Positions 35,697 through 45,061 of a DNA stretch of 58,835 nt are shown here, piece after piece. The notes beneath the pieces were generated by a model. It was given only the letters and a program-made list of their open reading frames with translations. It had not been told where the DNA came from and made no database searches. Source of the stretch: Candidatus Eiseniibacteriota bacterium (GTDB lineage Bacteria > Eisenbacteria > RBG-16-71-46); contig JBGAOA010000021.1 in assembly GCA_044222065.1 (NCBI GenBank), positions 1 to 58,835 of the forward strand, in the 5' to 3' direction. Position 1 is the stretch's first letter; every line of letters starts with the position of its first letter. The position numbers and the translations under genes were made by a program.

Positions 35697-36817
35697 AGGC
35701 GCTCGTCCTCGCGGGCGGCCGCGGCACGCGGCTCAGGCCCATCACGCACACGAGCGCCAAGCAGCTCGTCCCGGTCGCGAACAAGCCGGTGCTCTTCTAC
35801 GGGCTCGAAGCGATCCGCGCCGCCGGCATCACCGAGGTCGGCATCATCGTGAGCGATCCGGCGGAGTTGCTGAGGCCCGATCACCGCACGGGCGAGATGG
35901 TCACCGTGATGGTCAACAGCCAGGAAGAGATCCGCGCCGCGGTCGGCGACGGCTCCAGGTTCGGGCTGAAAGTCACGTACCTCGTGCAGGAGGCGCCGCT
36001 CGGGCTCGCGCACGCGGTGAAGATCGCCGAGGACTACATGTCCGGCGAACCGTTCGTGATGTACCTCGGCGACAACCTCATCAAGGACGGCGTGACGCAC
36101 TTCGTGCGCGAGTTCGAGGCCGAGAAGCCCGACGCCCAGATCCTGCTCGCGAGCGTCAAGAACCCGCAGGAGTTCGGCGTCGCCGAGCTCGAGGGCGACC
36201 GTGTCGTGCGGCTGGAGGAGAAGCCGAAGCAGCCGAAGAGCGACCTCGCGCTCGTGGGCGTGTACCTGTTCAGCGCGTGCGTGTTCGACGCCGTGAAGGC
36301 GATCCGCCCTTCGAAGCGCGGCGAGCTCGAGATCACCGACGCGATCCAGTGGCTCATCACGAGCGGCAAGCGCGTGCGCTCGCACGTCATCAACGGCTGG
36401 TGGAAGGACACGGGCAAGGTCGAGGACATGCTCGAGGGCAACCGCATGATGCTCGGCTCGCTCGAACCCGTGAACGAGGGCACGGTGGACGCCGCGACCG
36501 AGATCGAGGGCCGCGTGACGATCGGCCCCGGCACGGTCGTCGAGCGCTCGCGGCTGCGCGGCCCGCTCGCGATCGGCGCGAACGCGCGCATCACGGACGC
36601 CTACGTGGGGCCGTTCACGTCGCTCGCCGACGGCGTCGTGGTCGAGCGTTGCGAGATCGAGCATTCGATCGTGCTCGAGCGCAGCCGCCTCGTGAACGTG
36701 GAGCGCCGCATCGAGTCGAGCCTCATCGGCCGCGAGGCCGTGGTCGAGGGCCGCGCGAGCATGCCGCGCACGAACCGCCTCGTGCTCGGCGACTCGAGCC
36801 GCGTGGAGCTGACGTGA
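35693..36817 (+). CDS. rfbA: Glucose-1-phosphate thymidylyltransferase, long form
   Basis: LAGGRGTRLRPITHTSAKQLVPVANKP, YLGDN, EEKP, RGELEITDA; C-terminal beta-helix. Confidence 0.92.
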   Translation: MKALVLAGGRGTRLRPITHTSAKQLVPVANKPVLFYGLEAIRAAGITEVGIIVSDPAELLRPDHRTGEMVTVMVNSQEEIRAAVGDGSRFGLKVTYLVQEAPLGLAHAVKIAEDYMSGEPFVMYLGDNLIKDGVTHFVREFEAEKPDAQILLASVKNPQEFGVAELEGDRVVRLEEKPKQPKSDLALVGVYLFSACVFDAVKAIRPSKRGELEITDAIQWLITSGKRVRSHVINGWWKDTGKVEDMLEGNRMMLGSLEPVNEGTVDAATEIEGRVTIGPGTVVERSRLRGPLAIGANARITDAYVGPFTSLADGVVVERCEIEHSIVLERSRLVNVERRIESSLIGREAVVEGRASMPRTNRLVLGDSSRVELT

Positions 36818-37662
36818 AGGTGATGATCACGGGCGCGGGCGGCCTGCTCGGCGCGGCGCTCGTTCCCGCGCTCCAGGCGCGGCGCGACGACGTGTTCGCG
36901 TTCCGCCACGCGGAGTGCGACGTGACCGACGCCGCCGCCTACGCGGCGCGCGCGCGCGAATGCCGGCCCGAGTGGATCCTGCACCTCGCGGCGCACACGA
37001 AGGTGGATGCGTGCGAGCAGGAGCCCGAGCGCGCCTCGCTCGTGAACGCGTTCGGCGCCCGCAACGCCGCCGCGGCCGCGAGCGAGTGCGGCGCGGCGCT
37101 GCTGTACGTCTCGACCGACTATGTCTTCGACGGCCGCGCCACGCGCCCCTACGAACCGGGCGATCCGGTCGCGCCGCTCGGCGTGTACGGCCGGACCAAG
37201 TGGGCGGGCGAGGAGGCGGTGCGCGAGCTGTGCGCGCGCCACGCGATCGTGCGCACGTCGTGGCTGTTCGGCCCCGGTGGCGCGAACTTCGTGGACACGA
37301 TGCTCGACAAGGCGCGCGCCGGACACGCGCTCACGGTCGTGGACGACCAGACGGGCTCGCCGACGTACACGCCCGACCTCGCGGCGCAACTGCTGCGGCT
37401 CGCGGACGGACGGCACTTCGGCACGTTCCACTGCACGAACTCGGGGAGCGCGACCTGGCGCGAACTCGCGCAGCACGCGATCGCGGCCGCCGGGCTCGAC
37501 GTGAAGGTCGCGCCGATCACGACGGCCGAGCTCGGCCGCCCCGCGCCGCGGCCGGCGTACTCGGTGCTCGGCAACGACTGGACGGAACGGCTCACGGGAC
37601 GGCGAATGCCGGAGTGGCGCGATGCGGTCGAGCGCCACGTGCGGTCGAAGGTGGCCGCGTGA
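36814..37662 (+). CDS. rfbD: dTDP-4-dehydrorhamnose reductase
   Basis: ITGAGGLLG, STDYVFDG, YGRTK, DQTGSPTY, APRPAYSVL. Confidence 0.95.
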   Translation: MKVMITGAGGLLGAALVPALQARRDDVFAFRHAECDVTDAAAYAARARECRPEWILHLAAHTKVDACEQEPERASLVNAFGARNAAAAASECGAALLYVSTDYVFDGRATRPYEPGDPVAPLGVYGRTKWAGEEAVRELCARHAIVRTSWLFGPGGANFVDTMLDKARAGHALTVVDDQTGSPTYTPDLAAQLLRLADGRHFGTFHCTNSGSATWRELAQHAIAAAGLDVKVAPITTAELGRPAPRPAYSVLGNDWTERLTGRRMPEWRDAVERHVRSKVAA

Positions 37663-37679
37663 CGAACAGGGAGGTCGGA

Positions 37680-38354
37680 ATGAAGCGCGCGCGCCGCACC
37701 GCGGCGACTCCGCTCGAACGCGAAGCGAAGACGTGGCTCAAGGACGCCGCCCGGACGCTGCAGCTCGTCGAACAGCGCTGCGCGCGCGACGTGGCCGAGG
37801 CGGCCGAGGCCGTGATCGGGTGCCTCGAAACGGGCGGCACGGTGTTCTTCTGCGGCAACGGCGGCAGCGCCGCCGACGCGCAGCATCTCGCGGCCGAGTT
37901 CGCGGGACGCTTCCAGATCGAGCGCGCTCCGCTCGCGGCGATGGCGCTCACGACGAACTCGTCGTCGCTCACCGCGATCGGCAACGACTACGGCTACGAC
38001 GCGGTGTTCGCGCGCCAGCTCGAGGGGCTCGGTACGCCGGGCGACGTGCTCGTCGCGATCAGCACGAGCGGCGGCGCAGAGAGCGTGCGGCGCGCCGTCG
38101 CGGTCGCGCGCCGGCTCGGCATGACGACGATCGGCATGACCGGCGAGAAGGGCCGCGCGTTCGCCGACCTGTGCGACATCGCACTCGTGACGCCGCACGC
38201 CGCGACGTCGCACATCCAGGAGGGGCACATCGCGATGGGCCACGCGCTGTGCCTGATCGTCGAGAAGGCGCTGTTCGGCGCCGCCGCGGCCGCGCCGAAG
38301 TCCGAGGGCGCGCGCCGCACGGCGTCGCCGCGCGGACGCGGGAGGCGACGCTGA
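37680..38354 (+). CDS. gmhA: Phosphoheptose isomerase (SIS domain)
   Basis: CGNGGSAADAQHLAAEF, TAIGNDYGY, ISTSG, IQEGH. Confidence 0.92.
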   Translation: MKRARRTAATPLEREAKTWLKDAARTLQLVEQRCARDVAEAAEAVIGCLETGGTVFFCGNGGSAADAQHLAAEFAGRFQIERAPLAAMALTTNSSSLTAIGNDYGYDAVFARQLEGLGTPGDVLVAISTSGGAESVRRAVAVARRLGMTTIGMTGEKGRAFADLCDIALVTPHAATSHIQEGHIAMGHALCLIVEKALFGAAAAAPKSEGARRTASPRGRGRRR

Positions 38355-39238
38355 TGTTCGCGCTCGTCGAAGCGCTGCGCCCGAAGCAGTGGACGAAGAA
38401 CCTGCTCGTCTTCGCCGGCATCCTGTTCTCGCAGCAGGCGTCGAACCCGGCGCTGCTGCTGCGCGCGACGATCGGCTTCTTCACGTTCTCGCTCGTCGCC
38501 GGGACCGTGTACCTGCTCAATGACCTGCGCGACCTCGAAGCCGACCGCCTGCACCCGAAGAAGCGCAAGCGCCCGCTCGCTTCGGGCCGGCTTCCGGTCG
38601 CAGTAGCTCGCGTCGCGCTCGTGCCGATCGTCGCCGTCGTGGCCGCCGCCGCGTGGTGGCTCGGCCGCGAGTTCGTGGTCGTGTGCGGTCTCTATCTGGC
38701 GATGAACTTCGCGTACAGCTACTGGCTCAAGCGCCAGGTGCTCATCGACGTGTTCGTGATCGCGCTCGGCTTCGTGCTGCGGGCGATCGCCGGCGTCGAA
38801 CTGCTGCGGCCGGTGTCGCCCGACACCGCGATCTCGCCGTGGCTGCTGCTGTGCACGTTCTTCGGCGCGTTGTTCCTCGGACTCGGCAAGCGCCGGCGCG
38901 AGATCGAGAACGCCGGTGACTCGGCGTCGAGCCAGCGTTCCGTGCTGCGCCAGTACTCGGTGACCTCGCTCGACTCGCTGCTCGTCGTCACCGCCTCGTC
39001 GAGCCTGCTGAGCTACGCGCTCTACACGATCTGGCCCGCGACGGTCGAGAAGTTCGGCACCGAGAACCTCATCTACACGGTGCCGATCGTGGCGTACGGC
39101 ATCTTCCGCTACCTGCACCTGCTGCACGCCTCGAACGAAACCGAGGACCCGTCGCAGGTGCTGCTCGCGGATCGTCCGCTCGGGGCGACCGTCGTCGTGT
39201 ATCTCGTGACGGTGCTGCTCACGCTCTACCTGCGATGA
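38354..39238 (+). CDS. UbiA-family polyprenyl-phosphate phosphoribosyltransferase-like protein
   Basis: LRPKQWTKN, YLLND..D.EADRLHPKKR.RPLASG, GFVLRAIAG, KRR.E. Confidence 0.88.
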   Translation: MFALVEALRPKQWTKNLLVFAGILFSQQASNPALLLRATIGFFTFSLVAGTVYLLNDLRDLEADRLHPKKRKRPLASGRLPVAVARVALVPIVAVVAAAAWWLGREFVVVCGLYLAMNFAYSYWLKRQVLIDVFVIALGFVLRAIAGVELLRPVSPDTAISPWLLLCTFFGALFLGLGKRRREIENAGDSASSQRSVLRQYSVTSLDSLLVVTASSSLLSYALYTIWPATVEKFGTENLIYTVPIVAYGIFRYLHLLHASNETEDPSQVLLADRPLGATVVVYLVTVLLTLYLR

Positions 39239-40233
39239 ACGCCGCGCGCCGCGCGGCCGCGCGCGAGGTGCGGGTCGAGGCGCGCGCGAAGCTGAACCTC
39301 GGCCTCGCGGTGGGGCCGCGACGCGAAGACGGCTTCCACGACCTCGTCACCGTCTTCCAGTCGATCTCGCTCGCCGACACGCTCGTCGTGCGGCCGCGCA
39401 CGCGCGGTTTCCGTCTGCGCGTGCGCTTCGAAGACGCGAGCTTCGGCGCCGCGAAGCGGAAAAGCTTGCCGCGTACGGAAAGCGTTTCCGAAGGCGACGA
39501 CAATCTCGTGATGCGCGCCGCGCGACTCTTCCACGAGGTCTCGGGACGCGGCGGCGGCGCCGACTTCACGCTCGTGAAGCGCATTCCCGCGCAGTCGGGG
39601 CTCGGCGGCGGCAGCGCGGACGCAGCCGCGACGATCGCGGCGCTCGCGCGCCTGCACGGCTGGCGCGCACCTCTCGAGCGACGACTCGAACTCGCCGCGC
39701 GACTCGGTTCCGACGTGCCGTTCGCGATGTTCGGCGGCACCGCACTCGGACGCGGACGCGGCGAGCGACTCGCGCGTCTTCGCCTCGCAACGCCCTTTCG
39801 CGCACTCGTCGCGGTGCCGACGTGGGGCGTGTCCACGCGCGAAGCGTTCGCGCGCATCGATCGGGACAAATATGGCTTGACTTCGTGGTCGGCCAAAATC
39901 AGATTCGCGAACGAAATGGAGCGACGCGCCGTGGACGTCTTGCGTGCGCTCCGAATGGGCAACACGTTCGAGGACGTGCTGGGACGCCGGCGTGCCGAGT
40001 TCGATTCCCTGCGTTCGCGCTTCGAGAGCGCCGGGGCCTCCGCGGTTCGTATGACCGGAAGCGGATCCGCGGTATTCGCAGTGGTGCCGCACGGAAGTCC
40101 CATTCGACTAGTCGCAGGCCGCTTCAAGGGCGACGAAACGTTGTTCGCAGTGCGCTCGGTCGCCTCGGGAATGCGGCTTCAAACACGATCAGTTCTGGAG
40201 CCGGAGGCAAGGAAGCGCGCGGTCCCCGAGTGA
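39235..40233 (+). CDS. ispE: 4-diphosphocytidyl-2-C-methyl-D-erythritol kinase
   Basis: AKLNLGL, DGFHDL.TVFQ, KRIPAQSGLGGGSADAA, GSDVPF, MTGSGS. Confidence 0.95.
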   Translation: MNAARRAAAREVRVEARAKLNLGLAVGPRREDGFHDLVTVFQSISLADTLVVRPRTRGFRLRVRFEDASFGAAKRKSLPRTESVSEGDDNLVMRAARLFHEVSGRGGGADFTLVKRIPAQSGLGGGSADAAATIAALARLHGWRAPLERRLELAARLGSDVPFAMFGGTALGRGRGERLARLRLATPFRALVAVPTWGVSTREAFARIDRDKYGLTSWSAKIRFANEMERRAVDVLRALRMGNTFEDVLGRRRAEFDSLRSRFESAGASAVRMTGSGSAVFAVVPHGSPIRLVAGRFKGDETLFAVRSVASGMRLQTRSVLEPEARKRAVPE

Positions 40234-40314
40234 CGTTGCTCGACGAAACGAGAACGGCTTCGGCGGCTGCGAACCCGACTGCGCTCCACAGGAAGGATCC
40301 GAGGTGAGCGTCTC

Positions 40315-40611
40315 ATGATCGAGATCACCGAGGTTCGGGTTTCGCTGCGGAACGACGACAAGTTGAAGGCGTTCGTCAGCATCACGCTCAACGACTCGTT
40401 CGTCATCCGCGGGCTGAAGATCATCAAGGGCAACTCCGGATTGTTCGTCGCGATGCCGAGTCGCAAGCGCCCCGATGGTCAGCACCAGGACCTGGCGCAT
40501 CCGATCAACGACTCGACCCGGAAGTACCTGACCGATCGCGTCATGGCGGAGTACGAGCGGGAGCTCAAGAACCCCTCGGCCCACAGCTACGCCGGGGACG
40601 GCCACCTCTAA
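40315..40611 (+). CDS. spoVG: SpoVG family nucleic-acid-binding protein
   Basis: EITEVRV...KLKAFVSITL.DSFVIRGLKII.G..GLFVAMPSRK..DG..QDLAHPIN. Confidence 0.95.
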   Translation: MIEITEVRVSLRNDDKLKAFVSITLNDSFVIRGLKIIKGNSGLFVAMPSRKRPDGQHQDLAHPINDSTRKYLTDRVMAEYERELKNPSAHSYAGDGHL

Positions 40612-40684
40612 AGAGCGCGCCCGCCCACCCCGCACCGCTCGCGCCCCCGACGGACTGCCGCCCACCCGGTGTCCGCCCGGCGCA

Positions 40685-40714
40685 TTGACGCCGGGCGACC
40701 CGTCCGGATAGTCT
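40685..40714 (+). promoter_or_regulatory. Putative sigma70 promoter for tRNA-Gln/prs operon
   Basis: TTGACG-N18-TAGTCT. Confidence 0.45.
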
Positions 40715-40822
40715 CCCCGCCTCAATTTTCCCGAGCCGTTCTTCGGGCCAACCGCCATCACCCCGGCATCGCGCTCGATTCCGAGCGCCGATCCGGACCG
40801 TGACGGAAATCAGTTCTGTTGG

Positions 40823-40897
40823 TGGGGCGTGGCCAAGCGGTAAGGCACGAGACTTTGGATCTCGCATCCGGAGGTTCGAATCCTCCCGCCCCAGCCA
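40823..40897 (+). tRNA. tRNA-Gln (anticodon TTG)
   Basis: Cloverleaf: acceptor TGGGGCG/CGCCCCA, anticodon arm CGAGA-CTTTGGA-TCTCG, T arm GGAGG-TTCGAAT-CCTCC, encoded CCA. Confidence 0.97.
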
Positions 40898-41088
40898 ACT
40901 CCCACGGCTGCCGGCGCGGCGGACGAGTGCCCTTGCTGCTCGCCCACTCCACATCCTTCCGAACCTGATCGCGGCCCTGCGCGCGGCGCCCCGCACCGGT
41001 GTCTCCGGTGCGCGGGGATCCGGGGCTCGTTCATCGTTCCGTGCGCGGTTCCCGTGAGGGCCGCGATCACGTCAGGAGGATCGTCCGC

Positions 41089-42021
41089 GTGGAGCCGTGT
41101 CGTGTGTTCGCCGGAAACGCCAGCCGTGCGCTGGCGCAGGCCATCTGCGACAAGCTGAAGACCCCGCTCGGTGACATCGAGGTGGGCCGCTTCGAGGACG
41201 GCGAGGTGTCCGTCCGCTTCAACGAGAACATCCGCGGCAGCGACGTGTTCATCGTGCAGGCGACCGGCGCTCCGTCGGACAACCTCATGGAGCTGCTCGT
41301 CATGCTCGACGCCGCGAAGCGCGCGTCGGCGCGGCGCGTGACCGCGGTGCTTCCGTACTTCGGATACGCGCGCCAGGACCGCAAGGACCAGCCGCGGGCG
41401 CCGATCACCGCGAAGCTCGTCGCGAACCTCATCACCGTGGCGGGCGCCGATCGCGCGCTCACGATGGATCTGCACAGCGCGCAGATCCAGGGCTTCTTCG
41501 ACATCCCGTTCGACCATCTCTATTCGGCGCCCGTGCTGATCGAGTACTTCTCGTCGCTCAAGATCCCGAACCTGATGGTCGTCGCCCCCGACATCGGCAG
41601 CGTGAAGATGGCGCGCGCCTACGCGAAGCGGCTGAACGCCGACCTCGGTCTCGTGGACAAGCGCCGCCCGCGTCCGGACGCCGTCGAGATGATGAACCTG
41701 ATCGGCGACGTCGAGGGAAAGAACGTCGTGCTGTTCGACGACGTCGTCACGACGGCGCGCACGCTGTGCCAGGCGGCGATCGCGATCCGCAAGGCCGGCG
41801 CCCAGTCGGTGCGCGCCGGGGTCACGCACGGCGTGTTCAGCCCGGGCGCGTTCGATCGCATCGCGGAGGCGCCGCTCGAGGAACTCGTCATCACCGACAC
41901 GGTCAGTCACGAAGGCATGGCGCTGCCGAAGAACCTGCGCGTGCTCACGGTCGCCGGCCTGCTCGGCGAAGCCGTGCAGCGCATCCACGAGGAGCGCTCG
42001 CTGAGCTCGTTGTTCGTCTGA
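41089..42021 (+). CDS. prs: Ribose-phosphate pyrophosphokinase
   Basis: FEDGE, PYFGYARQDRK, DLHSAQIQGFF, DKRR; AGGAGG RBS. Confidence 0.97.
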   Translation: MEPCRVFAGNASRALAQAICDKLKTPLGDIEVGRFEDGEVSVRFNENIRGSDVFIVQATGAPSDNLMELLVMLDAAKRASARRVTAVLPYFGYARQDRKDQPRAPITAKLVANLITVAGADRALTMDLHSAQIQGFFDIPFDHLYSAPVLIEYFSSLKIPNLMVVAPDIGSVKMARAYAKRLNADLGLVDKRRPRPDAVEMMNLIGDVEGKNVVLFDDVVTTARTLCQAAIAIRKAGAQSVRAGVTHGVFSPGAFDRIAEAPLEELVITDTVSHEGMALPKNLRVLTVAGLLGEAVQRIHEERSLSSLFV

Positions 42022-42111
42022 GTTTCGTCACACCCCGCGCGGCGCCTTCGGGCGCGCGTGCGGTACCGCCGGGGCCGCCGGTCCCGGCATCGCAGCCAGG
42101 AGGAGGAGTTC

Positions 42112-42789
42112 ATGGCAGTCATCCCGATGAAGGGCCTGCGCCGGACGGGGCTCGGCAAGGGCGGCGCCCGCAAGGCGCGCGCGGCCGGCGCCATTCCCGG
42201 CGTGATCTACGGGCACGGCGAGACGCCGGTGCCGGTGTCGGTCTCGGCCCGCGAGTTCGAAGTCGCGCTCCGCTCTCACAAGGGCGGGAACGCGATCGTG
42301 AACCTCGCGCTGGAAGCCGGCAGCGAGTACACCGCGCTCATCCGTGACGTGCAGTACGACCCGATCGACCACTCGATCCTGCATCTCGACTTCCAGCACA
42401 TCTCGCTCACCGAGACGGTCGAAGTCGAGGTCTCGACGCACCTCGTCGGCACGCCGCTGGGCGTGAAGGACGGCGGCGGCATCCTCGAGCACATCACGCG
42501 ACACCTGAAGGTGCGCTGCCTGCCGACCGCGATCCCGCCGTACGTGGACGTGGACGTGAGCGCGCTCAACGTCGGCCAGTCGATGCACGTCGGCGACGTG
42601 AAGCTCGCGGACGTCGAGATCCTCACCGATCCGGACGCGACGATCGCCGTGGTGGTGTCGCCGACGGTCGAGGAAACGCCGACCGACGCGGCCGCGACGG
42701 AGCAGGCCGAGCCCGAGGTCATCACCGCGAAGAAGCCGGAAGCCGGCGAAGAGGCCGGGAAGAAGGGCGACAAGAAGGAGGAGAAGTAG
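42112..42789 (+). CDS. rplY: 50S ribosomal protein L25/general stress protein Ctc
   Basis: GKGGARKAR..G.IPGVIYG, DVQYDP....LHLDF, GVKDGGG. Confidence 0.95.
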   Translation: MAVIPMKGLRRTGLGKGGARKARAAGAIPGVIYGHGETPVPVSVSAREFEVALRSHKGGNAIVNLALEAGSEYTALIRDVQYDPIDHSILHLDFQHISLTETVEVEVSTHLVGTPLGVKDGGGILEHITRHLKVRCLPTAIPPYVDVDVSALNVGQSMHVGDVKLADVEILTDPDATIAVVVSPTVEETPTDAAATEQAEPEVITAKKPEAGEEAGKKGDKKEEK

Positions 42790-42795
42790 TCACCC

Positions 42796-43380
42796 GTGGC
42801 ACTGGTGCTCGCGCTCGGGAATCCCGGTGCGCGTTACGCCCGCACGCGTCACAACGTGGCGTGGTGGGTGGTGGACGAGGCGGTCGCGCGCTGGTCGGCG
42901 CGTCCCGCGGAGACCACGAGCGAGTACCGGTCGTGGATCGCGACGGTCGCGGGCCGCGACGTCCGGCTGGTCGAACCGCTGTTGTTCATGAACTTGAGCG
43001 GTGAGGCGCTGACGGCGTGGCGGACTCGGAACGAGTTCGATCCCGAATCGCTGCTGGTGATGTGTGACGACGTGTACCTGCCGGTGGGCGCGCTGCGGCT
43101 GCGTCCGCGCGGCTCGAGCGGCGGACATCGCGGGCTCGAGAGCGTGGAAGCCGCACTCGGCACCCGCGAGTACGCGCGGCTCCGTCTCGGAGTGGGCGGA
43201 GTCGAGAGCGAGCGGTTGCGCGAGCACGTGCTCGACGGATTCTCGAAGGACGAGGAGCAGACGATGAACGAAGCCGTGCGTTCGGCCGCAGCCGCGGTGG
43301 AGTGCTGGCTTCGGGACGGCCTGACGGCCGCCATGAACCGGTTCAATCGCCGGACCGGCGAGGAGGTTTCCGAAACGTGA
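42796..43380 (+). CDS. pth: Peptidyl-tRNA hydrolase
   Basis: LGNPGARYARTRHN, FMNLSG, DD, GSSGGHRG, RLRLGVG. Confidence 0.95.
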   Translation: MALVLALGNPGARYARTRHNVAWWVVDEAVARWSARPAETTSEYRSWIATVAGRDVRLVEPLLFMNLSGEALTAWRTRNEFDPESLLVMCDDVYLPVGALRLRPRGSSGGHRGLESVEAALGTREYARLRLGVGGVESERLREHVLDGFSKDEEQTMNEAVRSAAAAVECWLRDGLTAAMNRFNRRTGEEVSET

Positions 43381-43733
43381 ACAAGTACGAGACGACCTTC
43401 ATCCTCGAGCCGGGCCTCGAAGAGGCGCGGGTCAACGAGGAGATCGAGAAGGTCACGGGCTGGATCACCGCGAGCGGTGGCGAAGTGATCGAGACGCAAC
43501 GCTGGGGCAAGCGCCGGCTCGCGTACGAGATCGGCAAGAAGCGCGACGGGATCTACACGCTGATGCTGTACTCGGCGCCGGGCGCGGTTCCGAAGGACAT
43601 CGAGCGCCGCATGAGGCTCAACGAGTCCGTGCTGCGCGTGCTCACCGTGATCCACGTGCCGCTCGAGCTGACGCAGGGCAAGGTGGACGCGGAAGCGGTC
43701 GCCGCGGCGGCGGAAGACGGCGGCGACGACTGA
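43377..43733 (+). CDS. rpsF: 30S ribosomal protein S6
   Basis: KYETTFILEP, WGKRRLAYEI, VLRVL. Confidence 0.96.
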   Translation: MNKYETTFILEPGLEEARVNEEIEKVTGWITASGGEVIETQRWGKRRLAYEIGKKRDGIYTLMLYSAPGAVPKDIERRMRLNESVLRVLTVIHVPLELTQGKVDAEAVAAAAEDGGDD

Positions 43734-43845
43734 CGTCCGCGCCGGCGAACCGCCGGACGCGACTCCCAGAGGTGGTCCGGCGCGTGCGCCGGACCGGTGA
43801 GGCCCCGGAGCGAGGCTCCGGCGCCGGAGGTGAGAACAGACAGCG

Positions 43846-44088
43846 ATGGCCAAGGATCGCGAAGGAAAAGGCGTCAAGAAGAAGTACTGCAAGCTGTGTC
43901 TCGAGAAGGTCGGATTCGTGGACTACAAGGACGAGAAGCGTCTCGGCCGGTTCATCACCGACCGTGGCAAGATCGTTCCGCGCCGCGTCTCCGGCACGTG
44001 CGCCCGGCACCAGAAGCAGCTGACGACGGCGATCAAGCGCGCTCGCATCCTCGCGCTGATTCCGTTCACCAGTGACTTCTATCGCTGA
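43846..44088 (+). CDS. rpsR: 30S ribosomal protein S18
   Basis: [37 protein letters not shown]. Confidence 0.97.
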   Translation: MAKDREGKGVKKKYCKLCLEKVGFVDYKDEKRLGRFITDRGKIVPRRVSGTCARHQKQLTTAIKRARILALIPFTSDFYR

Positions 44089-45061
44089 TCGCACGCCGGG
44101 CGGAGCGCTGTGGCTCCGGCTCGTGTCGCTCCTGCTGCTGCTCGGGCTGCTCGGATTCTCGGCGCCCGCGCCGTGGGGGTGGCTGTGGATCGCCGTGCCC
44201 GTGAGCGTCGCCGCTTCGCTGCTCGCGGCGTGGCGCTTCGGGCGCTGGAGCGTGCTGATCCCGGTGGCGCTGCTCGGCGCGGGGCTCGGCATCGGCGGTC
44301 CTCAGAGCCTGTGGATCTGGTGGGCGCCGGCCGCGGCGTTGGCCGGCGTGTGGATGGGGCTCCGCGAGGAGACCTCGCCCGCGGTGGGGGAACGCGCGTG
44401 GTCGCTGTGGCCCGTGCTGCTGCTCGCGGCGCTATTACCGTGGGCGACGCACTACCGCGAGGCGGTCCGCACGATCGACTCGGCGATGCCGCCGCCCGAT
44501 GCGACCTCCGTGCGGTGGCTCGAGCGCTTCGGCTACTCGGGCGCTTCGCTCCAGACGATGCAGGCGATGCTCAACGAGAGCGACGCGATGCTCCGCAAGG
44601 CGCTGCCGTCCCTGCTGCCGACGGCGCTGTTCCTGTGGCTCGCCCTGCTCGTGGGCGCGGGGCGCGCGCTGTCGTCACGGTTCTCGGCGCTGCTGCGCTG
44701 GCCGCCGCTCACCCGCGGCCGCCTGTCGGAGTGGCGCCTTCCGGATGGCGCGCTCTGGGTGTTCCTCGCCGGGCTCGGGCTCGTGCTCGCCGAGTGGAAG
44801 GACGGTTCGGCGACCGCATGGACGCTGCTGCTCAATTCGAGTCTCGGTTTTTGTGTGCAAGGAATCGCGGTCGTAGAATCCCTCGCGCTCGCGCGCGGTG
44901 TGCCGGCCGCCATCCTCTATCCGACGATGTTGTTCCTGTTTCTCGCCACCCTTCCGTACTTCGTGCTCTGCGCGGGGGCGCTGGGGTTGAGCGACGTGTG
45001 GCTGGACTACCGCCGGCTCGAACGCTCGGCGGACGACCCTCGGGACGGAGCGAACCGATGA
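44072..45061 (+). CDS. YybS/DUF2232-family membrane protein
   Basis: Multi-TM; WRLPD, QGIAV, G..D.WLDYR; conserved position between rpsR and rplI. Confidence 0.75.
   Translation: MTSIADRTPGGALWLRLVSLLLLLGLLGFSAPAPWGWLWIAVPVSVAASLLAAWRFGRWSVLIPVALLGAGLGIGGPQSLWIWWAPAAALAGVWMGLREETSPAVGERAWSLWPVLLLAALLPWATHYREAVRTIDSAMPPPDATSVRWLERFGYSGASLQTMQAMLNESDAMLRKALPSLLPTALFLWLALLVGAGRALSSRFSALLRWPPLTRGRLSEWRLPDGALWVFLAGLGLVLAEWKDGSATAWTLLLNSSLGFCVQGIAVVESLALARGVPAAILYPTMLFLFLATLPYFVLCAGALGLSDVWLDYRRLERSADDPRDGANR

Noticed and set aside
33200..36817. Apparent 1205-aa RmlA fusion, and similar Arg/Ala-rich N-terminal extensions on ORFs 9958, 10533, 22508, 36277, 37622, 44110 and 54344
   Set aside because: High-GC off-frame extensions overlapping the upstream genes; true starts sit at the stop-start overlaps or RBS sites
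40823..40897. tRNA-Gln as an integration site
   Set aside because: No duplicated 3' end or integrase; conserved ispE-spoVG-tRNA-prs context
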